64,000 nt of DNA from an uncultured virus (IMG/VR IMGVR_UViG_3300008111_000017) (taxonomy: Duplodnaviria; Heunggongvirae; Uroviricota; Caudoviricetes): IMG/VR virus record IMGVR_UViG_3300008111_000017. The stretch is one strand, 5' to 3'. The position numbers were made by a program, and so were the translations under genes. The notes below the pieces were generated by a model, which saw only the letters and a program-made list of their open reading frames with translations, made no database searches and had not been told where the DNA came from. Below, one piece after another: positions 45,425 through 55,357 of the stretch. The number at the start of each line of letters is the position of its first letter. The stretch's first letter is position 1.

Positions 45425-46336
45425 ATGGCTTTTTCACGCGCCGACCAACAGAAACAACTTGTACCCGGACTGAACGTACTGTTCGGTGCTGACTACAAGA
45501 CCTATGCTCCAGAGCATCAGCAGTTTTACGAAACCTCGACTTCGAAGAAAGCCTTCGAAGAAGACGTGAAACTGGTGCTCTTGGGCAACGCCGAATTGAA
45601 GCAAGAAGGTGCCGCCGTCAGCTATGACGATGCCGCAGGCGAAGCCTTCACTGCTCGCTACGATCACGTCACGATCGCCATGGGCTTCCGTATCACGGAA
45701 GAAGCTCTCGAAGACAACTTGTATGTCTCGATGGCCCAACGCATGACGAAAGCTATGGCGCGTTCGATGGCGAACACCAAGCAAATTCGCGCTATGGACC
45801 CAATCAACCGCGGCTTCACCAGCTTCAACGGCGGCGACGGTGTGACTTTGTTCAACACCGCTCACCCAACCGCATCTGGTGCGACCAATGCAAACCGTCC
45901 AACCACTCCTGTAGACTTGAACGAAACGGCTCTTGAAGCTGCTGCCATTCAAATCGCTGGCTGGGTAGACGAACGTGGTTTGCTTATCCAAGCCGTGGGC
46001 AAGCAACTGATTGTGCCGACCGCACTTCAGTTCACCGCCAAGCGCGTCCTTGGTTCTGATCTCCGCGTCAGCACTTCTGACAACGACATCAACGCCATCA
46101 AGGCGATGGGCACCTACGGCCAAGACTTCCGTATCAACCACTTCTTGACTGACCCGAATGCTTGGTTCGTGAAGACTGACGTTCCGAACTCCATGCGTCA
46201 CTTCGTGCGCGTCGCCATCAAGACATCGAACGACGGTGACTTTGATACCGGCAACTTCAAGTACAAGGCACGCGAGCGGTATTCGTTCGGGGTTTCTGAC
46301 CCGCTGGGTGTCTGGGGCTCGCCAGGTTCTACCTAA
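45425..46336 (+). CDS. Major capsid protein (Mu gpT-like HK97 fold)
   Basis: LVPGLNVLFG, GFRITEEALED, GDFDTGN..YKARERYSFG; strong codon bias; terminator downstream. Confidence 0.92.
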   Translation: MAFSRADQQKQLVPGLNVLFGADYKTYAPEHQQFYETSTSKKAFEEDVKLVLLGNAELKQEGAAVSYDDAAGEAFTARYDHVTIAMGFRITEEALEDNLYVSMAQRMTKAMARSMANTKQIRAMDPINRGFTSFNGGDGVTLFNTAHPTASGATNANRPTTPVDLNETALEAAAIQIAGWVDERGLLIQAVGKQLIVPTALQFTAKRVLGSDLRVSTSDNDINAIKAMGTYGQDFRINHFLTDPNAWFVKTDVPNSMRHFVRVAIKTSNDGDFDTGNFKYKARERYSFGVSDPLGVWGSPGST

Positions 46337-46344
46337 TCCGAATA

Positions 46345-46374
46345 GGGCCGGAGCCTAAAAAACTCCGGCCTTTT
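46345..46374 (+). terminator. Rho-independent terminator
   Basis: GGCCGGAG...CTCCGGCC-TTTT. Confidence 0.8.
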
Positions 46375-46396
46375 CCTCACTACTTAGGAGCCTACC

Positions 46397-46810
46397 ATGG
46401 CCGCAACTAACTTCTCCGGTCCTATCCTCGACCACGACGGTAACAGCGCACTACCTGGCAACTTGGTTCCTGTGCAGAAGACCGTTCTTGTTACGATTGA
46501 AAACGGCGCTGCTGCCGGCACGTTTAATCTTCCTGCGGGTGCATTCGTCCAGCACATCTGGCTTGAAACGCCTGTCACAATCCCCGGCACCCCGACCAAC
46601 ACCAACTTGCGTCTCGGCTCTGCTGCTAACGGTCAGCAGTACGTTGCCGACGTAGACGTCAAAACTGCGGGCCTCATCCCTGCAACGATTGTGCTCGCCG
46701 GTCGTCGCGCTTCCGGTGTTGTCCACTTCACCGTAGCGTCTTCGGGTGGTACGGCTGCGTCGCAAGACGGGACTGTGAACATTATTGTCGCCTACGCATA
46801 CACTGCGTAA
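46397..46810 (+). CDS. Minor virion (head) protein
   Basis: TNFSGPI start, beta-rich; AGGAG RBS. Confidence 0.7.
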   Translation: MAATNFSGPILDHDGNSALPGNLVPVQKTVLVTIENGAAAGTFNLPAGAFVQHIWLETPVTIPGTPTNTNLRLGSAANGQQYVADVDVKTAGLIPATIVLAGRRASGVVHFTVASSGGTAASQDGTVNIIVAYAYTA

Positions 46811-46837
46811 GTTGACTAGCCCGCAGTAAATCGAAGC

Positions 46838-46873
46838 AGGCCGTAGATCAACATGGTCTGCGGCCTTTCTTTT
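46838..46873 (+). terminator. Rho-independent terminator
   Basis: AGGCCGTAGATC...GGTCTGCGGCCT-TTCTTTT. Confidence 0.65.
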
Positions 46874-46884
46874 AGGAGCCACCC

Positions 46885-47211
46885 ATGGCTGATGCCAGAA
46901 TTACACGCGACGAACGGTCTTTAGTCGAAACTCTCGGTGTACCGGGCTTAGCTCGCCAACTCGCTGCGGGGGCTGTCAGCGCAAATACCCCGTTGACGGT
47001 CACCTGTAACCGTGTTTCGCTTTTAGCGGTAGGCGCAGACATTCGGTATGCGGTAGGGTCCACTACTCAAACCGCAAGCGCTACGTCGCATTTGCTTCTA
47101 GCAAACTCCCGCATTGATATTGCGCTACCGCAGACCGCGAACATAGCAGTACAGCGCGCCGGTGGAACAGACGGCACACTGCACGTCACCGAATGGCTAC
47201 AGGCACAGTAA
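46885..47211 (+). CDS. Virion-associated hypothetical protein
   Basis: AGGAG RBS; beta-rich. Confidence 0.65.
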   Translation: MADARITRDERSLVETLGVPGLARQLAAGAVSANTPLTVTCNRVSLLAVGADIRYAVGSTTQTASATSHLLLANSRIDIALPQTANIAVQRAGGTDGTLHVTEWLQAQ

Positions 47212-47510
47212 TGACCGCGCGGCGCATTACGCTTTCTGAAGCAGAACTCGAAGCCATGATGGAGCGCGCGGCTAAGTCGGGCGCACATGAAGCCCTGTCA
47301 GAACTTGGACTGTTCGATATTGACGATCGACCAGCCGCAGCACGTGACATAAAAGATTTACGTGATATACTTAAGATATTCAGAGACATTCAAACCGACG
47401 CCGTAAAGGGGTTGTTTGCTTGGATCGGTAGAGGGGTTATCACCGTGATAATTTTTGGCGCAGTTGTCTGGATGGCTCGCGGCGGGATTGTAATCGAGGC
47501 ACCAAAATGA
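47211..47510 (+). CDS. Holin-like membrane protein
   Basis: C-terminal TM helix; upstream of the endolysin. Confidence 0.55.
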   Translation: MTARRITLSEAELEAMMERAAKSGAHEALSELGLFDIDDRPAAARDIKDLRDILKIFRDIQTDAVKGLFAWIGRGVITVIIFGAVVWMARGGIVIEAPK

Positions 47511-47791
47511 AGTGGCCCGGTTGGCAGTGGGTTGCGGACGGCATTCGCATCGGTGCGCCTATTCCGCTTACCCTGACGTCTGCCGGTCTAGTGTTTATCC
47601 TCTGGCAAGGCGGTTGGCCATTAGAGACGGCTGAAGCCCGTGTTCAATGGCTCGGGATCGCACTACTGTTTAACCTGACTTTGCTTGGCCTAGCCTTATT
47701 CTTAAGCCGTGCAGGCATATCGTCCTTCTCGGTCAGAGGCCCTGGCGGTATGGAAGTCGAGATCAACGGACAAGGAAAAGCTGATGACTAA
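47507..47791 (+). CDS. Holin-like two-TM protein
   Basis: Two hydrophobic helices; overlaps the endolysin start. Confidence 0.6.
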   Translation: MKWPGWQWVADGIRIGAPIPLTLTSAGLVFILWQGGWPLETAEARVQWLGIALLFNLTLLGLALFLSRAGISSFSVRGPGGMEVEINGQGKADD

Positions 47792-48392
47792 AATCAACAG
47801 GTCTAAGTTTTACGACTACCTTCGTGACACCAATGTCCTCGGCCCCGTCCTTACGGCTGATGAAGTGGAAAATACCGAGAACCTGCTGAACGCCGTAGAA
47901 GCGGCCAAGTGGCGTGATTCTTGGATTGCGTATGCCTTGGCGACTGCTTACCACGAGACTGCTCATACCATGGCACCTGTGTCAGAGTTTGGTGGCGATG
48001 CCTACTTCACCCGTATGTATGACATTAAAGGCAACCGCCCTGCATTGGCCAGACAGATGGGGAACGTGTTGGCCGGCGATGGTATCAAGTACCGCGGTCG
48101 AGGACATGTTCAACTTACGTGGCGCACGAATTACAAGAGCGCCGGAAGTTTTTTGAAACTACCGCTTGAGCAGTCGCCTGATCTTGCCATGCGTCCTGAT
48201 GTCTCTGCACGTATCTTGGTTTGGGGTATGCAGACCGGAGCATTTACTGGGAAGAAGTTGGCGGACTATCTACCGGACAACGCAGGTACGGTCGGTCAGT
48301 TCCGTAATGCCCGAAGAATTATCAACGGTACCGACAAAGCCGGTTTGATTGCCGACTATGCACTGACCTTTCAAAGGGCAGTGCAGTCATGA
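47784..48392 (+). CDS. Endolysin, glycoside hydrolase family 19
   Basis: ALATAYHET, YRGRGHVQLTWRTNY, ARRIING. Confidence 0.9.
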   Translation: MTKINRSKFYDYLRDTNVLGPVLTADEVENTENLLNAVEAAKWRDSWIAYALATAYHETAHTMAPVSEFGGDAYFTRMYDIKGNRPALARQMGNVLAGDGIKYRGRGHVQLTWRTNYKSAGSFLKLPLEQSPDLAMRPDVSARILVWGMQTGAFTGKKLADYLPDNAGTVGQFRNARRIINGTDKAGLIADYALTFQRAVQS

Positions 48393-48766
48393 ACAAATAT
48401 CTAATCGTCGCGATCGCTATACTCACAGGCGTATCATCTGCCCTTGGCTGGTTCTTATATAACCAAATCCAAGAAAACGGTATGTTGAGTAAAGAACTCC
48501 AAGATATGGCTGGTGAGTTAGAAGCGCAAAGACTGGCGGCTAAGCTCGACCAACAAGAAGCGCGTGACAATTACGAAGCCTCCAGTCGATCTTGCCAAAA
48601 CGCTATTAGGTCTGCGGTGGAAGCCGTGCGCCTTAAACCAATCGAGGTTCCACGATATGTTGAGAATGGCGATCCTAATCCCTTGTGCCCTGCTATCAGC
48701 TTGCGCGACGCCCAAAATTCTGGAGTTGGACCGTTCGTGCCCACCGGCCCTGACAGCAAAGATTGA
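48389..48766 (+). CDS. Inner-membrane spanin (Rz-like)
   Basis: N-terminal TM helix plus coiled coil after the endolysin. Confidence 0.7.
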   Translation: MNKYLIVAIAILTGVSSALGWFLYNQIQENGMLSKELQDMAGELEAQRLAAKLDQQEARDNYEASSRSCQNAIRSAVEAVRLKPIEVPRYVENGDPNPLCPAISLRDAQNSGVGPFVPTGPDSKD

Positions 48767-48902
48767 GCCCGAACCTGTAGCTCCTGCGGATGCGCTTATG
48801 AACGAAGTGGCTACGGTGTTCATAGCCTCCGAGTTGATACCGTATATGCGCCGGAACATCGAACGACTTGATCAAGGTCGTGCGTGGTGTCTTAAAAAAT
48901 GA
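48657..48902 (+). CDS. Outer-membrane spanin lipoprotein (Rz1-like)
   Basis: GAGG RBS, lipobox LLSAC, Pro-rich, overlaps the Rz-like gene in another frame. Confidence 0.75.
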   Translation: MLRMAILIPCALLSACATPKILELDRSCPPALTAKIEPEPVAPADALMNEVATVFIASELIPYMRRNIERLDQGRAWCLKK

Positions 48903-50092
48903 TCCGCTCTGTTGATCCGGTTGAAGACGCCAAGGACGACCTTGACGCGCTTAAGCCATTTGCGACAGACCGTCAGCGTGAATGTATCGACGCTATTCTG
49001 ACCTATGGCGGGATGAAAGCGGCAAGCAAAGTCCTCGGCGTTTCGCATACAACAATCAGTAAAGCCATCAAAGCCACCCGAATTAAAGCCGCCATGCAGG
49101 GCCACTCGCCCAAGCATGACATGGTTCATGACGTTCCAAATCCGTTTATCGTCAAGGGCGTCTCGACCTATTATAATCGCGATGGTGTAGCGGCTGGGCA
49201 GTGGGTTAAGTCCACCTTAGACCAATCCGCCTATCAAGCCGCATTGCAGGCGATGGCTGACGGTATATCGGCAGGTATCACGCCGCGGGCTACGATACCA
49301 AAACCGACAGAGGTAGATACTGATCTACTTACGATTTATCCATTAGGAGACCCCCACTCGGGTCTTTACTCGTGGATCAAGGAGACGGGTCACACGTTCG
49401 ATCTAGCCGAGTATGAGCGTATCAATACGCTCGCTATCGACGCGATCATGTTGGGTTCTCCTAAGAGTGACACTGCTTTGTATATCGACCTTGGTGATAC
49501 CGTTCACGCGCATGACGATAAGAAGCGAACGCCAGGATCAGGGCACTATCTTGATGTCTCGGGCCGTATCTGTGAAGCCATCGAAAGTTCCTTCAAACTT
49601 AAAGCATATCATATCGACAGATTATTAGAACACCACAACAATGTTATATTTAGATTAAACCGAGGCAATCACGATCCGGTCACTGCGGTGGCTATCTCTG
49701 GCATGGTTCGGGAACGGTATCGGCTTAATCCCCGCGTCACGGTAGTCGATCCATACAACCCCTACTGGTATTATGAGTTCGGTAAAGTCATGATTGCCAC
49801 TGCCCACGGCGACGGGGCGAAGGCTCCTCAGATGGGTCCGGTCATGGCAAACGATCAAGCCGAGATGTGGGGGCGGACTAAACATCGCTACTGTTTCTTG
49901 GGCCACGTTCACCACTGGAAGGGTGAGAATTTCCCCGGCGTCACGGTAGAATACTTCGGAACCTTAGCTGCACCAGACTTCTACAGCCACCATGCTGGGT
50001 ACAGATCGACGCGAGAAATTAAGTCGATTACGCTCCATAGAGAACACGGCAGATGGGGCAGCGTAGAACGGAACGTTTCTGCATTTGCGTAA
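48899..50092 (+). CDS. Calcineurin-like metallophosphoesterase with N-terminal HTH
   Basis: GDPH, LGD, GNHD, HGD, GHVHH. Confidence 0.88.
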   Translation: MIRSVDPVEDAKDDLDALKPFATDRQRECIDAILTYGGMKAASKVLGVSHTTISKAIKATRIKAAMQGHSPKHDMVHDVPNPFIVKGVSTYYNRDGVAAGQWVKSTLDQSAYQAALQAMADGISAGITPRATIPKPTEVDTDLLTIYPLGDPHSGLYSWIKETGHTFDLAEYERINTLAIDAIMLGSPKSDTALYIDLGDTVHAHDDKKRTPGSGHYLDVSGRICEAIESSFKLKAYHIDRLLEHHNNVIFRLNRGNHDPVTAVAISGMVRERYRLNPRVTVVDPYNPYWYYEFGKVMIATAHGDGAKAPQMGPVMANDQAEMWGRTKHRYCFLGHVHHWKGENFPGVTVEYFGTLAAPDFYSHHAGYRSTREIKSITLHREHGRWGSVERNVSAFA

Positions 50093-50264
50093 CTTATCAG
50101 GTAGTCATAGTCACGGTATGAACCTACGATAAAATATGAAAACCACCTATCTGCATTTGCGTGATTACCTCAGACGGTAAAATTTGCAGGTAGAGCCGGT
50201 ATAAAGCCCCCTGTTTATCGCGAACAGTAAGATTTATGGACAAATCATTTCTGCATTTGCGTAA
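50076..50264. repeat. Three dispersed 17-bp direct repeats TWTCTGCATTTGCGTRA
   Basis: At 50076, 50148 and 50248. Confidence 0.8.
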
Positions 50265-50332
50265 TTCCAACTATGGCTTTATCTGCGTGGCTGGTGTAGT
50301 AGGGACTTGACAAACTAGATCGGGAGATTCCC

Positions 50333-50458
50333 ATGCCTATGAACCGTGCATCCATGAACAAGCAAATGACCAAATCCCCTATGCCAGCTAAGGGCAAAAA
50401 GGGTAAAGCAGCTATGCCTGCTCCGATGAAAATGAAAAAGGGCGGCAAGGTCTGCTAG
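50333..50458 (+). CDS. Small basic peptide ending MKKGGKVC (below the ORF-track cutoff)
   Basis: GGGAG RBS; MPMNRASMNKQM...MKKGGKVC. Confidence 0.65.
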   Translation: MPMNRASMNKQMTKSPMPAKGKKGKAAMPAPMKMKKGGKVC

Positions 50459-50460
50459 GC

Positions 50461-50721
50461 ATGGATAAGTATCGTCGGTTCAAGCGCGCAGAGATGTTGA
50501 TACCCGGTCTTGCGATCAAGCACGAGCTTGCTCAACGAGACCGAGATATGCTTGAGCAGAGAACTGGCGAAGTAGCTGATCCCTATCTCCAGCGTAAGCA
50601 AATGTTGCAATCTGCTTACCAAGAGATTGCAGGAACTAAAGGTATGGCCCGTATGGCTCGGGCAGATCACAAGTACAAAACTGGCACGCACCGTTTGCGT
50701 TTGCTAGAACGTAAACTCTAA
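50461..50721 (+). CDS. Hypothetical protein
   Basis: 86-aa ORF within the operon. Confidence 0.55.
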   Translation: MDKYRRFKRAEMLIPGLAIKHELAQRDRDMLEQRTGEVADPYLQRKQMLQSAYQEIAGTKGMARMARADHKYKTGTHRLRLLERKL

Positions 50722-50731
50722 GGAGACCGCT

Positions 50732-51175
50732 GTGTCTAAAACCGACGCTTGGGAAAACGCCCTACTTCAGTTGTTGTTCAATAACACCAACGCCGCAAAC
50801 ATTGGCGATGCGACAGGCTTGCGCGGTTCTACTACTGCCGGCGCGCTGTTCTTTTCGCTGCATACTGCTGATCCGGGCGAGGCGGGAAACCAGACCACGA
50901 ACGAAGTTTCCTACGGAAGCTATGCCCGTGTGTCAATCAACCGCGCTTCAGGCGCAGGCGGCTTTACTGTAACGGGCGCTAGTGTTTCTCCAACCACGCA
51001 ACCTGTCAACTTCGCGGCTTGTACCAGTGGCTCTGCAACCGCTACTCACTTTGGTATCGGCACTGCTTCGAGCGGTACGGGAGTGCTGTTGTACAAAGGT
51101 GCGCTAAGCGCTTCTATCGCTATTTCCTCGGGCGTTACGCCACAAGCGCAGACCGTTACCGTTACGGAAGACTAA
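50732..51175 (+). CDS. Virion/tail-associated protein
   Basis: ENALLQLLFN, SLHTADPGE, YARVS; AAGGAG RBS. Confidence 0.75.
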   Translation: MSKTDAWENALLQLLFNNTNAANIGDATGLRGSTTAGALFFSLHTADPGEAGNQTTNEVSYGSYARVSINRASGAGGFTVTGASVSPTTQPVNFAACTSGSATATHFGIGTASSGTGVLLYKGALSASIAISSGVTPQAQTVTVTED

Positions 51176-51178
51176 TCT

Positions 51179-51994
51179 ATGGGCCTCCTCGCCGATCTTG
51201 TTCAGCAATCCACAGCCACCACAGGCACAGGCACGGTGACGCTAGGCGCTGCCGTGACTGGCTTCCGCACGGTTGCGGGGGCTGGGATTGCTGATGGCGT
51301 TGTCGTGTCCTACGTCATCCAAGACGGCACCAATCGCGAGACGGGAACGGGGACTGTCGGCAGCTCTGGCACGACCCTGACCCGCACGCTTCTGGCCTCT
51401 AGCACGGGTTCGCTCTTGAACCTTAGCGGCTCGGCTGTAGTTGGGATCGCGCCTAATGCAGTGGACTTTGTTTTCACAGGCAAACAAACGATCTTCATCC
51501 CAGCCTCGGCAATGCTTCCGCGCATCACCAATGGGCCAAGCCTTGGTTCGCTGGAGACCGCCACCAATCGCGTCAACGTCTCAACGCTGGACTTCGATCC
51601 AACCACACAAGAGTTCGCGCAGTTCCAGATCGCCATGCCTAAGTCATGGGATGAAGGCACGGTGACTTACGAGGTTATTTGGTATCATCCAGCTACGACG
51701 ACTAACTTCGGCGTGGTTTGGTCTCTAGCAGGCGTTGCCCTGTCAGACACCAATGCTCTGGACACGGCTTTTGGAACAGCGGTTCAGGTCACTGATGCCG
51801 GCGGCACGACAAATGCGGTCTATGATAGCCCCGAGAGTGCTGCGGTCACGATTGGCAATGTGCCTGCTGAAAACGACTATGTGATATTCCAGATCGCGCG
51901 GGTTCCGGCTGACGGCTCTGACACAATGGCTGTCGATGCACGGTTGTTGGGTATCCGTCTATTCTACACGACTAACGCAGGAAATGACGCCTGA
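51179..51994 (+). CDS. Tail fibre-like protein
   Basis: TGTGTVTLGAAVTGF N-terminal anchor; MPKSWDEG domain. Confidence 0.7.
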   Translation: MGLLADLVQQSTATTGTGTVTLGAAVTGFRTVAGAGIADGVVVSYVIQDGTNRETGTGTVGSSGTTLTRTLLASSTGSLLNLSGSAVVGIAPNAVDFVFTGKQTIFIPASAMLPRITNGPSLGSLETATNRVNVSTLDFDPTTQEFAQFQIAMPKSWDEGTVTYEVIWYHPATTTNFGVVWSLAGVALSDTNALDTAFGTAVQVTDAGGTTNAVYDSPESAAVTIGNVPAENDYVIFQIARVPADGSDTMAVDARLLGIRLFYTTNAGNDA

Positions 51995-52806
51995 TGTTGC
52001 GGGTCAATAACCTTAATGGGTTTGGAGGCAACGCTGCTGGCTGGGCTCGCACGCCAATAGCCGATCAAGCGCGCGGGCTTGCAACAAACGGTTGGTCATT
52101 TCGAAAACTTCGCGCGAACTATGCAGGCCCTTGCTGTCAATTAGTGCGATCTAGCGATGGGGCGACGTCTAATTTTGGCTTTACGCCTCAAGGCTATGTC
52201 GACATCGCAGCTATCAACACATGGCTAGGCGGCGCGTCGGCAAAGGTTGAAACTTGGTACGATCAAATCGGCTCAACCAATTGGGTTTCTACATTCGGCA
52301 CTACTGGCAATAGACCTAACTTGGTTATCTCTGGCTCTAGAGTCTGGGTCGAGACGATTGTAGCGGGCGGGTTTACTGGCGGTCCGAGCCTCAGCGCATG
52401 GACGGCGCTTGTGGTTGGTCGGCCTCAACCCTCTAACTGGCGGACTTTGTTTTGGACTGCGGCTTTCAACTCTCCTGTGATGATTGAAAACGGCAGCAAT
52501 CGCTTCGGGAGGTTTGAAGGGTCGTTTACGCAATTTGGTTCGGAGACGTGGGGCAGCGGAGAAAACGCTAGCTTCTATTTAAACTTCATGGGTAATCCCG
52601 TAACTGCCTCGAAAAACAACGGATCAGCTGGCTCGGCTGGAACGCATAGCGGCTCGCGTGCACCTAACGGCTTTGGCTTAAATCCAGACGAAGTAGGTAT
52701 TCAACCTTTCGGGCGAATTGACGAGGTTGTTTTCTTTAATGCGGATTTACCAAGTGATTTGCGCGCGGCCCTAAACGCCAATCATCGCGCGTTTTACGGC
52801 ATATAG
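51994..52806 (+). CDS. LamG/arabinofuranosidase-B-like receptor-binding domain protein
   Basis: SFRKLRANYAG...VRSSD, TWYDQ, GRIDEV. Confidence 0.65.
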   Translation: MLRVNNLNGFGGNAAGWARTPIADQARGLATNGWSFRKLRANYAGPCCQLVRSSDGATSNFGFTPQGYVDIAAINTWLGGASAKVETWYDQIGSTNWVSTFGTTGNRPNLVISGSRVWVETIVAGGFTGGPSLSAWTALVVGRPQPSNWRTLFWTAAFNSPVMIENGSNRFGRFEGSFTQFGSETWGSGENASFYLNFMGNPVTASKNNGSAGSAGTHSGSRAPNGFGLNPDEVGIQPFGRIDEVVFFNADLPSDLRAALNANHRAFYGI

Positions 52807-52815
52807 GGGCGGACC

Positions 52816-53274
52816 ATGACCCAACTACAAGAATACGCACTGATCCAAAACAACCAGATCATCCGCACCGAGTGGTTCAAGCGGCCTAGCCTTGTGCCTG
52901 CCGGTGACTGGTGCGTGGTTGGTGAGGTCACGCCTGACTTTGATCCTGCGACGCACCAACTCGGCAGCAAAACCTTGCAGGTGTTGGAGGATGGTACAGT
53001 GGCCTATGTCTGGTCTGTCGTTGAATTGCCGCCTCCGCAAGTGCCAGATCAAATCCAAATGTGGCAGGCTCGTGCAATCCTGTTTCGGTCTGGCTTACTC
53101 GGGCAAGTCGAGCAGGCGGTAAAGGCGGCAACCAATCCCGAAATCGAAATTGCGTGGGAATATGCGCCAAACGTGGTGCGGCAGTCTGCCTTCGTCTCGG
53201 CAATGGCTGCGGCCATCAATCTCGACAACGCAACAATCGACAACCTGTTTATCGAGGGGGCTAAGATCAGATAA
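52816..53274 (+). CDS. Tail fibre assembly/chaperone-like protein
   Basis: FDPATHQL, QAR..L, IAWEYA, IDNLF. Confidence 0.65.
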   Translation: MTQLQEYALIQNNQIIRTEWFKRPSLVPAGDWCVVGEVTPDFDPATHQLGSKTLQVLEDGTVAYVWSVVELPPPQVPDQIQMWQARAILFRSGLLGQVEQAVKAATNPEIEIAWEYAPNVVRQSAFVSAMAAAINLDNATIDNLFIEGAKIR

Positions 53275-53756
53275 TGGCTGACAACGTAGGATATACCCCT
53301 GGTACTGGCGCGAAGGTTGCCACCCGTGAGGTCACTTATTCTGGCGAGGCTGCACAGGCGCAGGCCGTTGGATTAGTTACCTTCGACGGTGCCGACGACG
53401 CCAAGACCGCAACCGACATTTCGCCAAGCAACCCTCTGCCTATCACCGCTTATGGTGAATTGGTCGAGGCTCTTGAAGCCATGCGGATGACTATCAACTC
53501 GCTTGCTAAGTCTATCGGCTATGCGCTTCCAAACGCGCAAGGCTTCCCGATCATGGAAGCGCGGCAGGCGACTGCGGCTAACTTGAACATGACCGCGACG
53601 ATTGCATCTGGCACGGTCACGACTGTTTCGACTGTTTCGGCTGTTTCGACTCTGACCAACCAATCCCAGATCGGCGGCTTTGCCGCCAACGATCAAATCC
53701 CTTCCCTCATGCACATGCAAGCTGACAACTTGCGTAGAAATATAGTGGTGACATAA
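53274..53756 (+). CDS. Virion protein
   Basis: MADNVGYTPGTGA, NPLP motif. Confidence 0.65.
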   Translation: MADNVGYTPGTGAKVATREVTYSGEAAQAQAVGLVTFDGADDAKTATDISPSNPLPITAYGELVEALEAMRMTINSLAKSIGYALPNAQGFPIMEARQATAANLNMTATIASGTVTTVSTVSAVSTLTNQSQIGGFAANDQIPSLMHMQADNLRRNIVVT

Positions 53757-55180
53757 TGCCTACTACAAACGGAAACAAGAAAATCCTCGATGCAAAGCGT
53801 CCAGAGTTTATGGCTCCATCGCCAACTGCGTCTGTGACTGGGTCTATGATTGCGTCCAGCCGTCATTTCAGACAGCAACAGCTTTACATTCCGTCCAACG
53901 CAGCGGCGCTGATTTATAATCCGTCTGAGGACGGTTGGATCAACATCCCGTCACCTGCATTGCCTGTCGCATTGGGTGCAGGGGCTTCTGCGGTAGCGGC
54001 TGCGTTCTCGACGGGCAACACCGTTGGCGCTGTCTCGCTAACGGCTACAGGTGGCACGACCTCGACCATCGTCACCAACCAGCCACTAGCGCGCGACTTG
54101 CGCGGCTATAAGGTTCACATCATTGGCGGGCCTAATGCTGGCGCGGTCTTAACGATTTCTAGCAACACAATCGGGGCTAATGCGACTATCACAGTTCCTG
54201 TTCAAGGCGCTGCGTTCACGGCTTCAACTGTTTATCGGTTACTTACGCCGGTTTGGTTCGTCGCTGGCAACGGTTCGGTCGCGGCTGGCTCGTTCCGCAA
54301 GTATTGTTTCGCGACTAACACTTGGACTTCGTTGGCAGTTATGCCCGCGTCGTTCGGCACGGACGCTAAGCTGGTCGCCACACCTTCCATTGTCGATGGT
54401 GACTTCAAGAATTTTGCAACTGGCACGGCGACTTCTGCAACTGGCACCACGCTTGTCCAAACGGGCAAGACTTGGACCGCTTCGCAGTGGATCAACAGCC
54501 AAGTCCGGATCACGGCTGGAACTGGTGCGGGCCAAATCCGCACGATCACAGCCAACACCGCTGATACGCTGACTGTTGCTACTTGGACCACGACGCCGGA
54601 CGCAACATCTCAATATGTCATCGAGGGGAATGACAACTTCCTCTACCTGCTTGGAAACAACGCAGTCACCATGTATCGCTATGACATTGGCGCTAACACT
54701 TGGTCTACGCTGTCACCTGTCGCGGCTCGTGCTGCGGCCCCCGGCGCTGGTATGTCAGCGCACTGGGTCAACACTTCCAGTGCGACCGAGTGGAATAACG
54801 AGAGCGCCATCATGGTGGGGCGTTATATCTATTCGTTCCAAGGCGGTGGGTCAGCCAACCTGCATCGCTATGACATTGCAGGCAACACGTGGGCGACCAT
54901 CACTTATTCTCCAGCTACGGAAACCTTCGCGGCTGGTTCAAAGTATGCACTGCACGACGACATTCTTTACATGCAAAAAGAAGCGACGGGCCGTTGGTTC
55001 GCATTTGATTTTGTTCGTTCGGATATGTTCCCATGGGGAACGATGCTCTACCCCCAAGGTGCGGCAATCGTAGGGGATACGGCGTTCGACGTGCTTTATA
55101 GAGACGGTTCGACGAACATTTTCTATGTCTATATTCTTCTTAATACCTCTAACGTCCTGTTAAGGCAGATGGTGATCTGA
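53756..55180 (+). CDS. Kelch-like beta-propeller virion protein
   Basis: Repeated RYDI..NTW blades and GTGAGQIRTI repeats. Confidence 0.7.
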   Translation: MPTTNGNKKILDAKRPEFMAPSPTASVTGSMIASSRHFRQQQLYIPSNAAALIYNPSEDGWINIPSPALPVALGAGASAVAAAFSTGNTVGAVSLTATGGTTSTIVTNQPLARDLRGYKVHIIGGPNAGAVLTISSNTIGANATITVPVQGAAFTASTVYRLLTPVWFVAGNGSVAAGSFRKYCFATNTWTSLAVMPASFGTDAKLVATPSIVDGDFKNFATGTATSATGTTLVQTGKTWTASQWINSQVRITAGTGAGQIRTITANTADTLTVATWTTTPDATSQYVIEGNDNFLYLLGNNAVTMYRYDIGANTWSTLSPVAARAAAPGAGMSAHWVNTSSATEWNNESAIMVGRYIYSFQGGGSANLHRYDIAGNTWATITYSPATETFAAGSKYALHDDILYMQKEATGRWFAFDFVRSDMFPWGTMLYPQGAAIVGDTAFDVLYRDGSTNIFYVYILLNTSNVLLRQMVI

Positions 55181-55341
55181 TGAAAACATCCGAGCTACTA
55201 ATCCTGCTCAAGAACCTAGTGACGGCCCTGCAAACTGAGAGAGCTACGGCAAACTCAAACGGGAATGTCGTGCGGGTTCTTGAGATCGACGCCAAAATTG
55301 CTGAAACCCAGACAACGATTGACGAGATCGAAAGCGCCTAA
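55180..55341 (+). CDS. Small coiled-coil protein
   Basis: 53-aa ORF whose ATG overlaps the upstream stop. Confidence 0.55.
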   Translation: MKTSELLILLKNLVTALQTERATANSNGNVVRVLEIDAKIAETQTTIDEIESA

Positions 55342-55357
55342 ACGGAGTAACTAAATC

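Noticed and set aside
45434..46201. 255-aa antisense ORF over the capsid gene (also 41420-42259 over the portal)
   Set aside because: Antisense shadows expected from strong codon bias; no protein-like motifs
50076..50264. Possible CRISPR mini-array
   Set aside because: Repeats are only 17 bp, intervals are unequal (55 and 83 bp) and related to each other, and there is no cas operon
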